From Eutreptiella sp. 'Long Island Sound 2002' (taxonomy: Eukaryota; Protista; Euglenida), in contig OZ038378.1 in the NCBI GenBank assembly GCA_964036045.1, forward strand, positions 15,934,001 to 15,998,000: a stretch of 64,000 bases of DNA, read 5' to 3'. The position numbers and the translations under genes were made by a program. This document shows, piece by piece, positions 60,328 to 64,000 of the stretch. How positions within the stretch are numbered: the stretch's first letter is position 1; every line of letters starts with the position of its first letter. Under the pieces are notes generated by a model. It did not search any database. It had not been told where the DNA came from and saw only the letters and a list, made by a program, of their open reading frames with translations.

Positions 60328-62609
60328 GCCGCCCAGTGCGACCTTCTGCCGAAGGGTGGCGCAGAGCTAACTACTCCGGCCCCGCCCGCCGGTGTCCGCT
60401 GCCGACGCCGCTCTTACTGCGCCTCCTTTGCGTCGTATAGTCTCCGCATCCACATCCTCAGCGCTTGTACATCTGCAATCGCATGCGCGTCCCATCTTCC
60501 ACCCCCAAGTCAACGAGGATGGCGTTTGCACACCACTTGCAACTGCACCGATACGTATCTCTCGAGGACGGTCATTTATGCGCCAATGTGGAGCACGTTG
60601 GCACTTTTTGGGGTTTTTGCACGTTTCTCTGCGATGTCGTTCCCTGGTGGTTGGGGGGGGGGGGGGGTATGTGTGTACTTTTCCAAACCTGCAGGAAACG
60701 GGCATTCAAGATGAACCACCTCTACCCTTCGGGATACGTGGAAGTAATGTGAAAACTGAGTCATGCAAATGCCATGTCGCGCCTTTTCCCAGTCACTCTG
60801 GCCCTTCAGAAGGTGTCCTTTTCGAAAGAAAGCCCCCCCCCCCCTCCTACAGGACACTCACTGGGCACGAACCAGGCAACAACTTCACCGACCCTGACAA
60901 ACGCCCGTGCTGGTGCGTTTGTCGGCGCCCCGAGAGATATGCATCCCCTTATGCACATCCCCATCCGTCTCCAGCCTCTTCGCAGTAGCCTGATAGTGCT
61001 CGGTATGAGAAACCTTGCGCCAGTCAAGCGCGGGTCCTGGGAAATGTGCGTCGTACTCTTGTTAGGTGGGGCTTCAGGGATACCGATGCCCCAATGCCCC
61101 CCCACCCCACACCCTCACCACCCTCCTGCCTCACATAGTTTTGTATTCATATGTCTGCACATGTCAGGGGGTGCTCACAGTTGTTGTTGTTGTTGTTGTT
61201 TTGAAAAAATGAGACGGCTGCACCCGCCGCCGGCAACAAGCTTTTCATCGGTTTCTGCAACCGGCGGCAGCAGTGCCACCACAGCAGACGTCATCCCTAC
61301 TGCAGTGCAGCAGGGTCGAAGGCCAGATGATGAAAAGGGGATGCTTTGCGACACCTGCTGGACACACCATGACACATGTTCGGGGCGTGCAATTCAGGCG
61401 TTGAGTGTTGCAGGGTTCTGGAGACTCTGCGTCAAAGCCTCGATATCGAGAAGGACCATGGGAGCGAACGTTTCATTTGGCTACTGCTGTGTTCGGAGTG
61501 CTCAATTTGTGCACACAGCACGTCATGCACTTCATGACTGCACGGGGTCGGCTTTCTGTCGCTGCTGGTGTCAGGTTCTTCCTCGGGGCAGGTCGGGAGT
61601 GGGGGCTCTCGGGGGGCTCCCAGAAACCTCGTGGTGCGGCAGACGTCAGCACCTCTAACCCGAACCCTAAACCATGAACCGTGAACCGTGGATCGTGCTG
61701 AAGCATCTGCTACTACAGTACAGAGCGCAGTCGTATCTCCGTGCGGATCAGTGACTCTAAGCGTATAAAAGAATCTCGCTGGAGGTCCTACCCCGAAGTG
61801 CTGCTGTATTTGTTTTGCTATTTCCTTTTGACCAAAATGACCATCCCAGGGTCAGTGCAGTGCTTTTATGGTTCGCCCCAGCAAATGTGGATTCCGTTTG
61901 GATGTCGGACTTTGCACGCCCTTTAAGCGATTCAGTATGAATGCAGGGTCCAGTTGGCAAAGGTGGTGGACGTGCAACTCTGCTGAACAAAATTCTGATT
62001 GGGCAAACCTAAAACGAACAGGCCCAAGTCCACAAAGAAAGGGGTGTACTAATTGCCTGACGTTTTTTCGGTTGGGGTGCGTATTGGTTTGTGCCCTGGT
62101 GCCTGGTGGCTTATGAAGGCGACTACTTCAGTTTGCGGTTCTTCACTGTTTCTGGTCCCCACGGACTGCCACATGACCGAGCCTCGCCTGCACACCATCA
62201 GCGGCTGCAGACCGTTGATTGTACAACAGCCACGTATAACACGCCCCTCCCTCGAGCGGGTTTGCCCATGTGACATGCTTGACTCTTATCTGGCGCCGGA
62301 GCACGGGCAGGGTTGTCCTTCGGCCGCAGTGGTGCGCCCCTAGCCACGAGAGGCCCTCCTTTACCGGGCAGTAGTGTGCCCGGTGACGAGGTCAGGGTGG
62401 ACCAAATGGCAACGTCGGGTGCGCTGAGTCTATGCGCTGCAGCGTTGGGGTCTCAGGGTCCGCCGCATGTCTGTTGAATGGACGCAGCAGCGCTGTGCCA
62501 CATTGGGGGGCCCGCACAGGCAAGTGCTTGCGCGGATTCATTGTTAACATTTGGGGCGCTCCCTGAGTGTTGCGTCCTCACTGCAGTACGACGGCTCTCA
62601 CTGATATCA

Positions 62610-62927
<318 letters not shown>

Positions 62928-63645
62928 TCAGACATCCGACCCCCAAACGATGAGTGCAAGGCCCCGTGCAAACGGGTATATGTTCAGCTGCGGGTTTCAC
63001 AACATGAGGGCTCCTCTGGTGTTGAGACTGCTGAAGGACACGCGACCCCCCCCCTCCCCGTCAGGATGGTCACGCTCTCTCTCGCCATGCCCCAATCGCA
63101 GTGTATAGTAATTGGAGATTCTCCACCCCCTCCCCCCTGGGGGGGGGTGCAGACCCTGACCTTTATACCTTTATCCTCTGTCCGATTGTCCCACCCTCGC
63201 CCCCTTTGGCCCATTTGTTGCCACACGGATATGCGCTCGCTCACCTCATTTTATTGTAACAACATCCGTTGTTCTTCGGAGTGTGTTACGCCGCTCATTC
63301 TGGGCAAACCTGTCCTTTCTGCACCAATACTCACCCTCCCCCTTGGCGCTGCCACGGCCCGGTCCAAGCACGGCGCCCTCGTCTGACAGACGGTTTTCTG
63401 ACCACAGCCTTTCTGATCAAGAACGCCGCATGACACGTGTGCGAGTCGGTTAAAGTGGGAACGAGGGGCTGTGGCCTGCTAATCATAACGGTGTGCCTGA
63501 AACCCACGCCTCTTCGGTTTGGGTGTCATTCCGCACCGATGCTGCTGCACAGGGGCGTAAACCCCCCAAGGACCGCGGGCCTGTGGATCGTGCGGCCTTT
63601 GACTAAGTACGGGTTCTCCGTCTGACCTTCGTTTTCCCTAACTTG

Positions 63646-63671
63646 GGCCGTGCTTGTGCAAGGGGGAGGGG
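63646..63671. mobile_element. Solo right-hand TIR related to the 13291-14081 family
   Basis: ggccgtgcttgtgcaagggggagggg versus ggccgtgcttgcgcaag(G)n. Confidence 0.5.
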
Positions 63672-64000
63672 AGGGGTGGGGGGGATCAGCACAAAAAGAG
63701 CCCGAAATTGGGAGGAACCTAAGCAGCAAAGCAACTGGGCACAGGGCCGCCCCACACACGACAGTGAGACGAGCCCCAACAGGACACACAACAAGACACA
63801 AGGGAACCATGAGGTGCGAGCACTGCAGCAACCACCAAATGCGGCGCACGCCGAGCGAGCCATCAGCAACCCCCCCCCCCTCTCCCTCTACAAGGTGCCC
63901 ACGTACTCCACAAGGGCGGAGGCTGCACCCCGCGCGCCGGGAGGTGCCCGCCACGGGGGTGGCAACAGGGCCGTGCCCAGCCAACCGCGCACGCAACAGT

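Noticed and set aside
61650-61690. Telomere-like taacccgaaccctaaacc
   Set aside because: Only 2-3 degenerate units, which is chance level.

Overview
Eukaryotic nuclear DNA: intron-rich GC-rich genes separated by repeat-dense spacers with many poly-G/poly-C runs. It is most likely a protist. Gene style and repeat families remind me of euglenids (Eutreptiella-like), which is recall and inference, not a search result. Three protein genes can be assembled by hand. (1) An intronless 6-TM class III adenylyl cyclase (3458-5158) whose first metal-binding Asp is His. (2) A formin of more than 1390 aa in at least 6 GT-AG exons (27859-38732), with an NT-C2-like domain, five CUE/UBA-like repeats, FH1 and FH2. 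(3) An F-box/LRR protein with a C-terminal ubiquitin-like domain in 7-8 exons (about 52933-60327). A short coiled-coil ORF (19425-19802) may also be a gene. The rest is a transposon landscape: three hAT-type non-autonomous elements with 8-bp TSDs, shared termini and different cores; poly-C-ended TIR elements carrying a shared small ORF; hAT transposase and L1/Tx1-like relics; SINE-like repeats; a 435-bp tandem duplication; and a 2.8-kb inverted-repeat-bounded segment with unidentified ORFs. I found no rRNA, tRNA or CRISPR array. All domain calls are by eye and need HMM confirmation.
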